Below, piece after piece: positions 11,401-21,074 of a stretch of DNA of 64,000 nt. This DNA is from Balanoglossus misakiensis (lineage: Eukaryota > Animalia > Hemichordata), in the NCBI GenBank assembly GCA_040954595.2, contig CM082597.2, positions 6,721,849 to 6,785,848 on the forward strand. Direction: 5' to 3'. Both the position numbers and the translations under genes were made by a program. The number at the start of each line of letters is the position of its first letter. The first letter of the stretch is position 1. Below the pieces are notes generated by a model. That model was not told the origin of the DNA, did not search any database, and saw only the letters and a list, made by a program, of their open reading frames with translations.

Positions 11401-12007
11401 TGGGGAGAAAACCGGTATTGTCAAATGTAATGTAATCTGGTTCAACGGACGTTCTAGCATTAAAATCCCCCAGTATAATGAATTTAAAGTCTGGAAACCT
11501 AGCGGAGAGATTTACAAGGTCATCTTCAAGATAAACGAAATTACGCTCATCAGCATAAGAACTTGAACCTTGTGGCGAGAAATATACAACTCCAAAACAG
11601 ACTTTAAGTAAATCGGTGCTGAACTTTACCCATACAATATCCTTGGTAAAGTCACTTTCGAAAATTGTGACCCCGTTGGCCTTACCCAGATTTGAACGAT
11701 AATAAATGCTGATTCCCCCAGAAAATCTCCCAAAATGTTTCAATTTACTACGACTAATATGGCAATTGTCATACCCTCTGAGCAAAAATGATGCATCATT
11801 TGATGTCCAAGTTTCTGTCAAGAAAATCAAATCAAACTTCATCAAATACTTCAGTAAATCAGAATTGTTCCATTTGTTTTGTATACCATTAATGTTCCAC
11901 AGGATGCACGACACATAGTTTTCAGATGCACCCGGAGTCTCACGAACCTCCGCATATTTCTGTAGTGGTGGATTTGGCAGGTTCTCAGTTCCAAGATTCA
12001 TTTCCAT
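8471..12007 (-). CDS. LINE ORF2: AP endonuclease, reverse transcriptase and C-terminal CCHC-type domain (1178 aa)
   Basis: APE motifs WNING, LTETW, GDFNA, IDYVL, SDH. RT motifs KAPGIDG, NYRGITL, QAGFR, FIDFEKAFD, QQGSILLSPLLF, FADD. C-terminal RLRVSAH..RICCFC...EDEFHF...CPFY. Confidence 0.95.
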   Translation of the reverse strand: MEMNLGTENLPNPPLQKYAEVRETPGASENYVSCILWNINGIQNKWNNSDLLKYLMKFDLIFLTETWTSNDASFLLRGYDNCHISRSKLKHFGRFSGGISIYYRSNLGKANGVTIFESDFTKDIVWVKFSTDLLKVCFGVVYFSPQGSSSYADERNFVYLEDDLVNLSARFPDFKFIILGDFNARTSVEPDYITFDNTGFLPITEEYVFDDHMPPRVSKDKTVNSYGHLLLDFCKHTGLRIVNGRLFEDKNQGYFTCLKDQGGSVIDYVLTRLVNFEMFSYFAISDRPESDHHPVLFNIKVGQPVTRSIETNGQVVELPKYIWKEEHRDTFHLFWQGELGNRYSHYISSALDHGNIPEAASLLIESVHISVEDMKYCPPHGGGTGVNISKSWFDQDCTNMKRVVRRSLNHFRNSRTEDALKKYTELKKNYQCLLKAKKRAFYDNEKLKFEMYSRQPNSKHFWSLVSSKCTGPSENIGNDEWFNFFSKLFSEPGTHTSQSDSDFIDEVNSFLEGLTSEDDFQDIQLDLAELDADITMDELNNSLSRLKPNKAPGIDGISPEILINSPIQLKHLILQIFKTILNTGCFPKQWVQGLIVPLHKKGSREDVNNYRGITLLPTINKVFSDIIYQRLLSWSNIHFPLVEQQAGFRKKYSTIDNIFILQTIITRYLYLRGRLYCAFIDFEKAFDRINHSLLFYKLFKAGLKGKVFSVLRSMYANVTACIRSPAGITDFFRCEMGVQQGSILLSPLLFTLFINDLGGSVEHEYAGVHIATIKLFFLLFADDLSLFSTTQIGLQRLLNNLSSYASKWKLKVNISKSKIIVFRKAGRLKSTEKWFLNGQRVEVVPAYSYLGILFSSSGLWSRAQGQLALQATKALFNVKRALCKFDCIDVSLAFKVFDGKILPIMMYGSEIWGLHAGEQIEKVHNDFCRFILKLKHNTANLAVKGELGRFSIRTFRLTRVIKYWFKLLTMSHYRIAYHCYNFEHSEAEKGRDCWASGVKQLLFSLGFGEVWINQGVGCINTFISLFKQRCQDVFIQEWHAGLAMYSKLDTYCNLKCTFGREKYLFVPLQEKYRNALCRLRVSAHALRIESDRPLLNRPERICCFCDKNVIEDEFHFCIVCPFYDDLRAKYLPTHFYIAPSYVKFVLLCTSENSTVIRNLSKYIFYAMKKRANTAADST

Positions 12008-12043
12008 CCGTGGTTGTAGTACACGTGGGCTTCGGCCAACACC

Positions 12044-13051
12044 CTATCTATCACCAACTTTTATCAGATGAGGATCTTTCTTAGTGACATCAAGTATAAA
12101 AACCTCACCTTCGATAACTAACTTATCGTAGCGCAAATGTGCCTTTTTGTTGTCTCTTCTGGCAGCTGACAGGAAAGGACCCAGTTTTCTTCGCTTTTCT
12201 CGAATCAGAGGAGGGAGATCTTCAGAAACACGGAGCGGTCCATCACGAGCGAGATGTTTGCTTTCTCGGAAAACTTTATCCCTGCCTTTACATCTGTTAA
12301 ATTTCACCACCACTGGCTGTGGACGGGTTTTGGCTTTGGTCAGTCTATGTGCCCGCTCTATTTCAATGTTCTCACTTTCCAGTGCCAGCTCTTTGTCAAT
12401 GAAGTCTCGCACCTTCGTTTCAGTATCTTCCCAATTTTCACTCTCATCTTGCTGCAGCCCATGTATAATTAAATTATTTCTGCGAAGTTGGCCATTTGTA
12501 TAATCCTGTTGTGATTCCATTCGGTCCAGTCTGTTTCTCAGTTCGATATTTTCAGATTCCAGTTCACCTATTCGTTGGTTCGCTGCAGCTATTTCCTGTT
12601 CCACACCTTTTAAGCCTTCCTTCAGCTCCACTGCTCTTTTTTCCGCCTTTATTTCAAGTTGGGAAAACTTGTCTTCGAGAGATACGTGCAGTTTTGACAT
12701 CTGAGCGTCAATAAACGCTTTCAGTTCGTCGACAATAGCATTCTTGTCTGTATTCTGGATTTGGGTTGGAGTTGGCAAAATATCTTCACCGCTGGAGGCA
12801 AATTTTGCTTCTGTTAATTTGCTTTGTCGTGTTTTCCTGTCCGTTGTTGATTCTGTCTTGTCCGTGGCTGGAGCTTTGGGGCCGGGGTTGCGTTCAACAT
12901 CGCCACATGTCAAAAGCGTCAAGAACAATGCCATGCAGACAAAGGAATTCACAGGTACCTTGTCAGTGCCAACGTGGCCGCCGAGCATTGCTTGCAGAGG
13001 CTGAGAGAAACATCCAATTCTTTGCCGCCACACTGTCAGTGCAACACCCAT
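12044..13051 (-). CDS. LINE ORF1: N-terminal 2A leader, coiled coil and L1-type RRM/CTD (335 aa from the first ATG)
   Basis: ATG at 13051 (MGVALTVWRQRIG). Heptad-rich region, then RRNNLIIHGL...IERAHRL...PVVVKF...VSEDLP...RRKL...YDKLVI, typical of L1/Transposase_22-like ORF1p. Confidence 0.88.
   Translation of the reverse strand: MGVALTVWRQRIGCFSQPLQAMLGGHVGTDKVPVNSFVCMALFLTLLTCGDVERNPGPKAPATDKTESTTDRKTRQSKLTEAKFASSGEDILPTPTQIQNTDKNAIVDELKAFIDAQMSKLHVSLEDKFSQLEIKAEKRAVELKEGLKGVEQEIAAANQRIGELESENIELRNRLDRMESQQDYTNGQLRRNNLIIHGLQQDESENWEDTETKVRDFIDKELALESENIEIERAHRLTKAKTRPQPVVVKFNRCKGRDKVFRESKHLARDGPLRVSEDLPPLIREKRRKLGPFLSAARRDNKKAHLRYDKLVIEGEVFILDVTKKDPHLIKVGDR
12878..12916 (-). other. 2A/StopGo ribosome-skipping motif LLTCGDVERNPG|P
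   Basis: Exact D(V/I)ExNPGP consensus. Differs by one residue from the last 13 aa of T2A (LLTCGDVEENPGP). Confidence 0.9.
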
Positions 13052-13193
13052 GACCACTTGTACTATTTCTTCTCTACTTCAAGTAAACGTATATGCAACT
13101 TTTCAGCCGCCAATTGCCAACAAACAGGAAATTTTTGGGAAAAGTTGGAGACACCAGACATACGCGACGTCTACGGTAGTTCAGTAAACAGCG

Positions 13194-13341
13194 CTTGAAA
13201 GTTGGAGTTACTAGAGAATTAACACTTGTGGAATGACTGTGATTGCGAACATGTTGATCTTTAAATATAAAAAAAATGCTGAAATTTTAGGGACAAGATT
13301 AAAGTTTTCAAAAATAAATACTTATATTGGTACACTATTTA
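13194..13341. repeat. Right copy of ~150-bp direct repeat flanking the LINE (putative TSD)
   Basis: Matches 8192-8341 with about two substitutions and a small homopolymer indel. Confidence 0.85.
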
Positions 13342-14546
13342 GAAATCCTGCATTTTTGACACACAATTTAGCATTCAGGACGCAATATTTATTTGACTTG
13401 CATCATTCAAGGGGACACAGTATCAGAGCGAACTCAAAACAATGTGCATGGTCATTCCTGACAGTAGCCGTATGTACACTACAGCACGTATCAGGGTCAG
13501 CCTCAACTGTGACGCCAATCATGGTTGAATCAGTTCTGAAAATAAACTTCCAACTAAAATTCACTGTATCACTAAACTGCAAATTAACATTTGGGTCTGT
13601 TCTAAATGTACCTTATACATGACAAGGTGGGTGTACACTTGCATAGGCCACCAGGAGGGACTGGGCATAGGGTTACTTCTGTCAATTGGAAAACGGAATT
13701 GAGATGATGACAGAGCTCAACATTGATACATCAGTCAGGAAAATGTGAATCACCTCGTCCACTTGTGCGTCAAATGACAAAACAAACACAGTCTGGCTGC
13801 AACACTAAAGCTGTACTACATGCAAAATCCCCCTCCACGGTCAAACTTCAACACTTCAAAACACAGCACCTCTATGTAGTGGCCACTTTGTTACAGTCCC
13901 TGTGCAATTTACATATGCATTAATTGACCTGTCTATAAAGGCCATTATCTGTCTATAAAGGCCAGTTCAGAAGAGTCCCTTAACTGGCCACTATAGACAG
14001 GTTCGACTGTACTACAGCAGATCAACATCATCAGGCACCTGTGCATGGGTCCTAATACAATGTAATTGTTCTAACTGTGGCCAAAACAAATTTGCTGGCA
14101 TACCAAACCCCCACCCCCAGAAATCAAATGGTTCTTCCCTAAGAAGCAATACAACAGATTTATTCCACATAAAGTGTAGACAGAATTGTTATCATACAAT
14201 CAGCCACTGACTCACACAGTAACCTGCAATATAGGCCAACTCTTTCATTCTCTGTCAAAGTTTGCAACTGTTATCTTTGTGTAAAGAATTGCCCATTGTG
14301 TTACTTCCAGAACTTTAGACCTCAACTTGTGGGTGGATTCAACACCCCAGCCAGTTTAAAAATAGCTGTACTAGCCGAGATAAGAAGTGAATAGAAATTG
14401 CTGACTAACAGTTTAATAAAAAACTGTTTATCTAGCAATTGATGCCAAATGAAATGAAACTTAATTTCATATACAAGCAGCAAAAAATATAATAATATTA
14501 TCTGATGTTTTTGTAGTGTTGCTATAGTAACACTGTTAGTTGTCAC

Positions 14547-15809
14547 CAATGTTTCAGCTAGCGCACGGCCTTGCGACATTCGACGCAATAAATGTTGGAT
14601 TGTGGCAACAAAATAATCTTTATGGGTCACTTTGACGCATTCTTACTGAGTGAGCAACAATATGACTGATTGTCACCTCCCGTACTTTTGCTTTGCGTCC
14701 ACCTTTGCTTTCACTGGAACTTGTTACTCCCTTTCAATTTTTGATAATTTAGTGAACACAACTGGGTGATTGCACACCTTGCACGGCTTGAATCACCCAA
14801 GAAGCAACACAGCTCTGCACGCTGTCAAGACCAGTGCGCTGCCATTTTATTCAGTGCACAAGTTATCTTTACACAGGCGTCCTATAAATAGCATCAATAG
14901 CCTAGTAACACAAGCAACGCACAGAGCTTAGGCGCATTGTAACAACTTAGCTAAACTTAACAAATGATGAAGCAACTTTTGTTGGAGGTCATGCCATGTG
15001 TCTGTGCGTCTGCACAGGCTTACAAAATTAACAGCAGCCCAGGGCCGGTAATAATTGCGCAGGGCAGGTATATAACGTAAATTTCATCGTCACCTGCCCT
15101 GATTTATGCCAATAACTTGATAAGGGAAACTTTTAAATACTTTGCACCATTTGACTTAGTTTAGAATATGAATGGTATGATTGCAAAAAAAAATTATTAT
15201 CAAAGCAATTGATCTGATCCTAAATGTTGATCTTTTTGCTCCCAATAATAATATGTGATAAAATTTCTTCATCAATGGCAGTACATAATTAACACACAAT
15301 CTGAGATGTCTTAGGATATGTCCAATTTCTAAAAATTAAATACATGTACCGGGTAGTAGGATATAAAAGATAACCCTCACTGAAAACTTGTGAATTTGGC
15401 ATGAGCAGGCAGACTGTTTCATCGAGGATGGCATAAACAGGGGGGGGGGGATTCCACTCTGGCAAGGAGGGACTGTAATATCTCTAGCTGGGCAGGTAAA
15501 TTTTCAGAGTGTGTATCTAATGGGCAGGTAAGCAAGCAAAACAGAAATCTTAAGGCCTGACTGCATAATTAGAGAGCAGACTGCAGACACCCGATTATAA
15601 TAATTTATATCGATGTTTAGGGGCCATAGTGATGTCCAAAAGAAGCTATGATTATGTAAATGTTATGGAAATTAGCCCTGACTCTATGATTTTTAACTAG
15701 GGAGAACCCTGTCCTGATATATTGTCCCTCGAAAATATGATTTGTTCCCCTTTCTAACCTGCTGCGGGTCACAATGTCCCCATGCTTTCAATAGCTGGCT
15801 GAAACATTG
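14547..15809. mobile_element. 1263-bp non-autonomous TIR transposon with 6-bp TSD (hAT-like)
   Basis: tgtcac|CAATGTTTCAGCTAGC ... GCTGGCTGAAACATTG|tgtcac. Empty site 'agttgccaccaagttg' at ~1241 and ~18562. Confidence 0.85.
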
Positions 15810-16457
15810 TGTCACCAGGTTGTCTTCAAGAAAAAAAATTCAAATTTCACTATTGATATAATACCATCCATCATGAAGAAATATGGTTCCTCACACAAAT
15901 TCTGTATCGGGAAATTGGTTGCCAGAGATGGAACTTTCATGCAGACACAATGTGTATGTTTATAATTTGCAATGAATGTTTGCAAAGATTTGTGAAAATA
16001 CAAGAAGAGACAAACAGCTCACAATGTCTAATGAGTACCAAGAAATCTGGGACGGTTCATTTGTATAATGTGATGATGTGTCCCACTTTCAGTTCAATAT
16101 ATCGGTATTTGTCAACTGTACCCAGTCAAAGTTTACATTCATTCTCTTCTCAGTGATTCATTGTGTTCAAGTTTGACCTTTTGACCTCAACTCTCAGGTA
16201 CTCAGTCGGTATAGGTAGACCCTGGTATTTGCTGAATCACTGAATTCAATTTATCATGTGACTTTGGTGGCTTGCCAAGTTTTTATAAACTACAGCACGT
16301 ATCAGGGTCGGCCTCAACTGTGACGGCAATCATGGTTTAATCAGTTCTGAAAATAAACTTCCAACTAAAATTCACTGTATCACTAAACTGCAAATTACAG
16401 CTACATTTGTGTAACATTTGGGTCTGTTCTAAATGTACGTTATACATGACAAGGTGG
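15810..16457 (+). pseudogene. TRIM-deleted unit: TRIM upstream region fused directly to TRIM downstream region
   Basis: Follows the TRIM upstream sequence to 'ttttataaac' (16290), then continues as 'tacagcacgtatcaggg', which lies ~5.3 kb further on in unit 3 (~19048 vs ~24380). Confidence 0.85.
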
Positions 16458-17581
16458 GGCACATCTTAGTTTTTGGACTGTTTTATTTTTGGCATATGAA
16501 AACCATGACACATCTGGGAAAAAATCTTGATATAAAGAAAGATGTACTCTGAAATTTAAAAATTGAACAATTACAACTACTGTGTCTACTGACCCTCAAG
16601 GGACAAGGGTGTTTCACTTCTGTTGCAATGTCATTTCCATTAACACAAGTTCAGTTGCCAGTTAGCTATTCATTACACATAATAGCAAGACATAACAGTC
16701 TGTTTACGTGTGGGTGCGTTTAATACTAACAATAAAGGCTGTCCCTTATATGATCAGAATATTTTGATTCGAGTAATTACAAGAAAATTAACATATCAAT
16801 TTAGTTTCAATTCTAGCAACTGAAATGATTTATCATAGCTGAGACAACATCTCTGCTTTGAAGATATGTTTTCTGGCATCAAAACATAAAGTAAGTTTCC
16901 TATGAAGACAACGTTCAGAAAGATTTTCAGGTAGGCTTGGAGGAAATAATGCTATCCAAATATGCGTCACAGTACAAGTATAAAAATCTCTCATAACTAC
17001 CCATCATGCATCAGTCAGACTGTGCTACTTGTATCATAGAGCAAAACTAGCAAACATATCCAAATATCAAAGTTGTCTGTTGAAAAGTTTTATACAAAAC
17101 CATATAACTTTTAAATAGCTTCCAAGAATATTGTAATACATCGAGTGTTCAATGGGAAAATGTACATAGATAGCGTGAAAACATTCTAGACATTTGATGA
17201 GCACAAAGTGAAAAGACACTGATAGAGTTATGATATCAAGTCAAAATGGATTGCAACAGTAATTGCCACTGTAACTGGACACGCTGGTAGTAGAAACAAC
17301 ATTTGTTAGAGTTTATGGTTGAACCCTTTGACTTGACAAGCATTTGCAGACACTGTACAGGCCATCCAGATGAAAAAACATTGGAAACGACACAAAAACA
17401 TGCTAACATACTAAGTGACTTGGCAAACAACTGATATCAGCCATATGTGGTTTATTTTCCAGCCATCGATGACAGTGCGAGACTTCATTCTGACCTTTCC
17501 ACCCCCGACAGTATGGTTCAGCCCATTGTTTTCAATGATATGGTTTAACCCATATACTAGAAATGGGGTGAAAGTCTCCCT

Positions 17582-17708
17582 CTATGTTCTATTTTGTTGT
17601 GAAGCTGTTAACTTAATAATTCTTCTTCCCAAGTGGGCATTGTGTTGTTGCAGGTATCTAATCATATCAGCTTGCTTCTCCAAAATATCATCCACCTGAT
17701 TACTATCC
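17582..17708 (-). CDS. TMEM192: Duplicated copy (middle) of the TMEM192 terminal coding exon
   Basis: Intact acceptor, 127-nt coding part, same peptide as 257-383, TAG at 17582-17584, AATAAA on the - strand at 17451-17456. Confidence 0.75.
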
Positions 17709-19124
17709 CTGTAACAAACAAAATACAAAAACACTCATTAAAATCACGAATTTACTTCAATTCCAAACCAAGGTAGCGATTTGACGCGCTCGCCTTTGTG
17801 TGTGGCTGGGCAACAGGTGTCTGTCGATGTCAAACTGCCATAGCTGTAGTATACTATATCTACAGTATACAGTCAAACCTGTATTAGTGGCTACCTCTAT
17901 ATAGTGGCCACTTTGTTACAGTCCCTGTGCAATTTACATATGCACTAATTGACCTGTATATAGAGGCCATTATCTGTCTATAAAGGCCAGTTCAGGAGAG
18001 TCCCTTAACTGGCCACTATAGACAGGTTCGACTGTACTACAGCAGATCAACATCATCAGGCACCTGTGCATGGGTCCTAATACAATGTAATTCTTCTAAC
18101 TGTGGCCAAAACAAATTTGCTGGCATACCAAATCCCCACCCCCAGAAATCAAATGGTTCTCCCCTAAGAAGCAATACAACAGATTTATTCCACATAAAGT
18201 GTAGAAAGAATTGTTATCATACAATCAGCCAATGACTCGCACAGTAACCTGCAATATAGGCCAACTCTTTCATTCTCTGTCAAAGTTTGCAACTGTTATC
18301 TTTGTGTAAAGAATTGTCCATTGTGTTACTTCCAGAACTTTTGACCTCAACTTGTGGGTGGATTCAACACCCCAGCCAGTTTAAAAACAGCTGTACTAGC
18401 CGAGATAACAAGTGAATAGAAATTGCAGACTAAGTTTTATAAAAAAAACTGTTTATCTAGGAAATGAAGCCAAATGAAATGAAACTTAATTTCATATACA
18501 AGCTGAATAAATATAATAATATGGTCTGATTTTTTTGTAGTGTTGCTATAGTAACACTGTCAGTTGCCACCAAGTTGTCTTTAAGAAAAAAAAATTCACA
18601 TTTCAGCATTGGTATAATACCGTCTATCAGGATGAAATATGATTCCTCACACAAATTCTGTATTGGGAAATTGGTTGCCAGAGATGGAACTTTCATGCAG
18701 ACACAATGTGTATGTTTATAATTTGCAATGAATGTTTGCAAAGATTTGTGAAAATACAAGAAGAGACAAACAGCTCACAATGTCTAATGAGTACCAAGAA
18801 ATTTGGGACGGTTCATTGGTATAATGTGATGATTTGTCCCACTTTCAGTTCAATATATCGGTATTTGTCAACTGTACCCAGTCAAAGTTTACATTCATAC
18901 TCTTCTCAGTGATACATGCATGTTCAAGTTTGACCTTTTGACCTCAACTCTCAGGTACTCAGCCGGTACGAGGTAGACCCTGGTATTTGCTGAATCACTG
19001 AATTCAATTTATCATGTGACTTTGATGGCTTGCCAAGTTTTTATAAACCCCATAACTCATTATAACACTATACTGAACAGTGTGTTGGTATGTGATTACA
19101 AGCATTTTGACTCGAGCTGCAAAG

Positions 19125-21074
19125 ATGGCTGCAGCATATCCTGGAGGTTCCGAGTTAGACAAAGTTCTGAACGAGATTGGTGAGAATTTCCTCTCCTGTG
19201 CGATCTGTCTGGAACTGTTCAAGAAACCCAAAGTCTTGCCATGTGACCATTCATTCTGTGAGTCGTGTCTGACAAAGTTGGTGAAAGGAAAAGGTCGGTT
19301 GAAGTGTCCAACATGCCGTGAGGTATGTAAACTTCCTGCTGGTGGAGTGCCTCAATTGAAAGGTAACTTTTTCATCAACTCGTTGGTCGATCTTTATCAG
19401 AGACAAGGTCCCGAAGGACAGGCCAAGTCTATGTGCAGTGTCTGTGCAGATAATGGCGCATCTCACCAATGTATTGACTGCAGTGAAAGGCTATGCACTT
19501 CCTGCACAAAATCACACCAGAAGTTTCTGAGAGGTCACAAGGTCATGACACTAGACGAATACAACAACACAAAATCGTCAACTCTCCTGAAGCAACAAAA
19601 AGTCTTCTGCAGTGTCCATCCAGAAAATGTTGTCGAAGTCTACTGTGAGACCTGTATGGTTTCTGCATGCACGGCTTGTGCTGTTACCAAACACAACAAA
19701 CACACCAACACAGATCTGCAAGATGCTGCAAATGACTACACCAAACAGTTGAGAGATCTGCTGTGTCAGGTGACCGAAAAAGAACTGGGAGCAGAGAGAA
19801 GCAAAACAGATGCCAAACTGATGAGACAGAAACTGATGGTCAGATGCCAGGAGGAAGAACAGAAAGTGAGACAGAAAACAGCAAAGGTCATACAGAAGGC
19901 ACAGAGGGAGGAGAAACAGTTGATTAAAGAGCTGCAGACAAAATATGGACAGAAAGTAAAGCAGACGGAGGCTCTAATAGATGAGTGGGAACTGAAACAT
20001 GGCAACATTGCAAGCCAACGCTGCTACATAGAGACACTGATGCATCATGGGACACCAGCCCAGATCATGGCCACCAAGCAGGAGACAATACATCACATGG
20101 AGGAAATTATTTCCATGGAGACAGAAATTGATGCCAGAGTGGACATGGTGAAATTCCAGCCAGCTGAGGAGACCAAAGATGGAGGAATGCTGGGATTGCT
20201 TCGTGAAGATTCAGTGTCAGTAGAGACAAAGAAAGGCTTGGTGAAGACCATTGGATGTAAAGGTAACAAAGGTGGCCAGTTCTATGGCCCAAATGGTATC
20301 AGTATTAACAGACACGGAAACTTTGTCACTGCTGATGAGGGTAACAAGAGAGTACAAATCACTGACAGGGATGGGAAATACAAATCAAGTTTCACATTCA
20401 CTCAGTTTGCACAGCCTTTCACACCACGCGATGTTGCAATATCAGCTGATGATGAATACTTCATGACAGATAGGAATAACAAACAAATAGTTGTGAGTGA
20501 TGAGAATGGGTCTCTGATCAAATGCTTTGGGAAAGAAGTCAAGAATCCCCTGCGCCTTGCTATTAGTCCTGTAGATGGAAGTGTGTATGTGAGTGATTGG
20601 GATGGAAAGGGTGCTGACACAGACAAAGAGGGTAACTGCATCAGGAAATACACACATGATTGTCAGTATATCAAATCATTTGGTAGTTTTGGCACAGGAC
20701 AGGGACAGCTTAGAGGGCCTCAGTTCTTGACTGTTGACAGTTGTGGAGTAGTGTTTGTATCTGATATGGGCAACAATCGCATTCAAGCATTTAATGCAGA
20801 TGGTGAGTTCCTGTTTGCATTTGAAAAATTTGGTGAAGGTGATGGTAGGCTTCGTTCAATAACAGGAATAGTGGCTGATAAAGCAGGATATCTGTATGTC
20901 TGTGATACGAAAAACAAGAATGTGCAGAAATTTGACAACAGAGGTAAATTCATCTGTCGCATTGATAAAGCTGAGGATGGGTTAGATCGCCCAGCTGGTG
21001 TAGCTGTGACAGATGACATGGAAGTAGTGGTTGCTGACTGGGGCAACGACTGCCTCAAAGTCTTTGCACAGTGA
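19125..21074 (+). CDS. TRIM-NHL E3 ligase, copy 2 (649 aa; intronless CDS)
   Basis: Same architecture as copy 1; ATG at 19125. Confidence 0.93.
   Translation: MAAAYPGGSELDKVLNEIGENFLSCAICLELFKKPKVLPCDHSFCESCLTKLVKGKGRLKCPTCREVCKLPAGGVPQLKGNFFINSLVDLYQRQGPEGQAKSMCSVCADNGASHQCIDCSERLCTSCTKSHQKFLRGHKVMTLDEYNNTKSSTLLKQQKVFCSVHPENVVEVYCETCMVSACTACAVTKHNKHTNTDLQDAANDYTKQLRDLLCQVTEKELGAERSKTDAKLMRQKLMVRCQEEEQKVRQKTAKVIQKAQREEKQLIKELQTKYGQKVKQTEALIDEWELKHGNIASQRCYIETLMHHGTPAQIMATKQETIHHMEEIISMETEIDARVDMVKFQPAEETKDGGMLGLLREDSVSVETKKGLVKTIGCKGNKGGQFYGPNGISINRHGNFVTADEGNKRVQITDRDGKYKSSFTFTQFAQPFTPRDVAISADDEYFMTDRNNKQIVVSDENGSLIKCFGKEVKNPLRLAISPVDGSVYVSDWDGKGADTDKEGNCIRKYTHDCQYIKSFGSFGTGQGQLRGPQFLTVDSCGVVFVSDMGNNRIQAFNADGEFLFAFEKFGEGDGRLRSITGIVADKAGYLYVCDTKNKNVQKFDNRGKFICRIDKAEDGLDRPAGVAVTDDMEVVVADWGNDCLKVFAQ

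Larger units (their letters stand above)
8342..13193 (-). mobile_element. Full-length APE-type non-LTR retrotransposon (possibly RTE/RTEX group; clade unverified)
   Basis: Short 5' UTR, ORF1, 36-nt spacer, ORF2 (APE-RT-CCHC), ~110-nt 3' UTR with AATAAA and (TAA)n tail (attattatt on + at 8341-8360), flanked by a long direct repeat. Confidence 0.95.

Noticed and set aside
13139-13150. aaagttggag in the LINE 5' UTR matching the start of the target duplication
   Set aside because: Only ~10 bp; may be chance and cannot be evaluated without the family consensus.
2141-13193. Reverse transcriptase beside hypervariable genes as a diversity-generating retroelement
   Set aside because: The RT is an ordinary LINE ORF2 inserted in one unit only. 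There is no template/variable repeat pair, and the changes are not adenine-specific.
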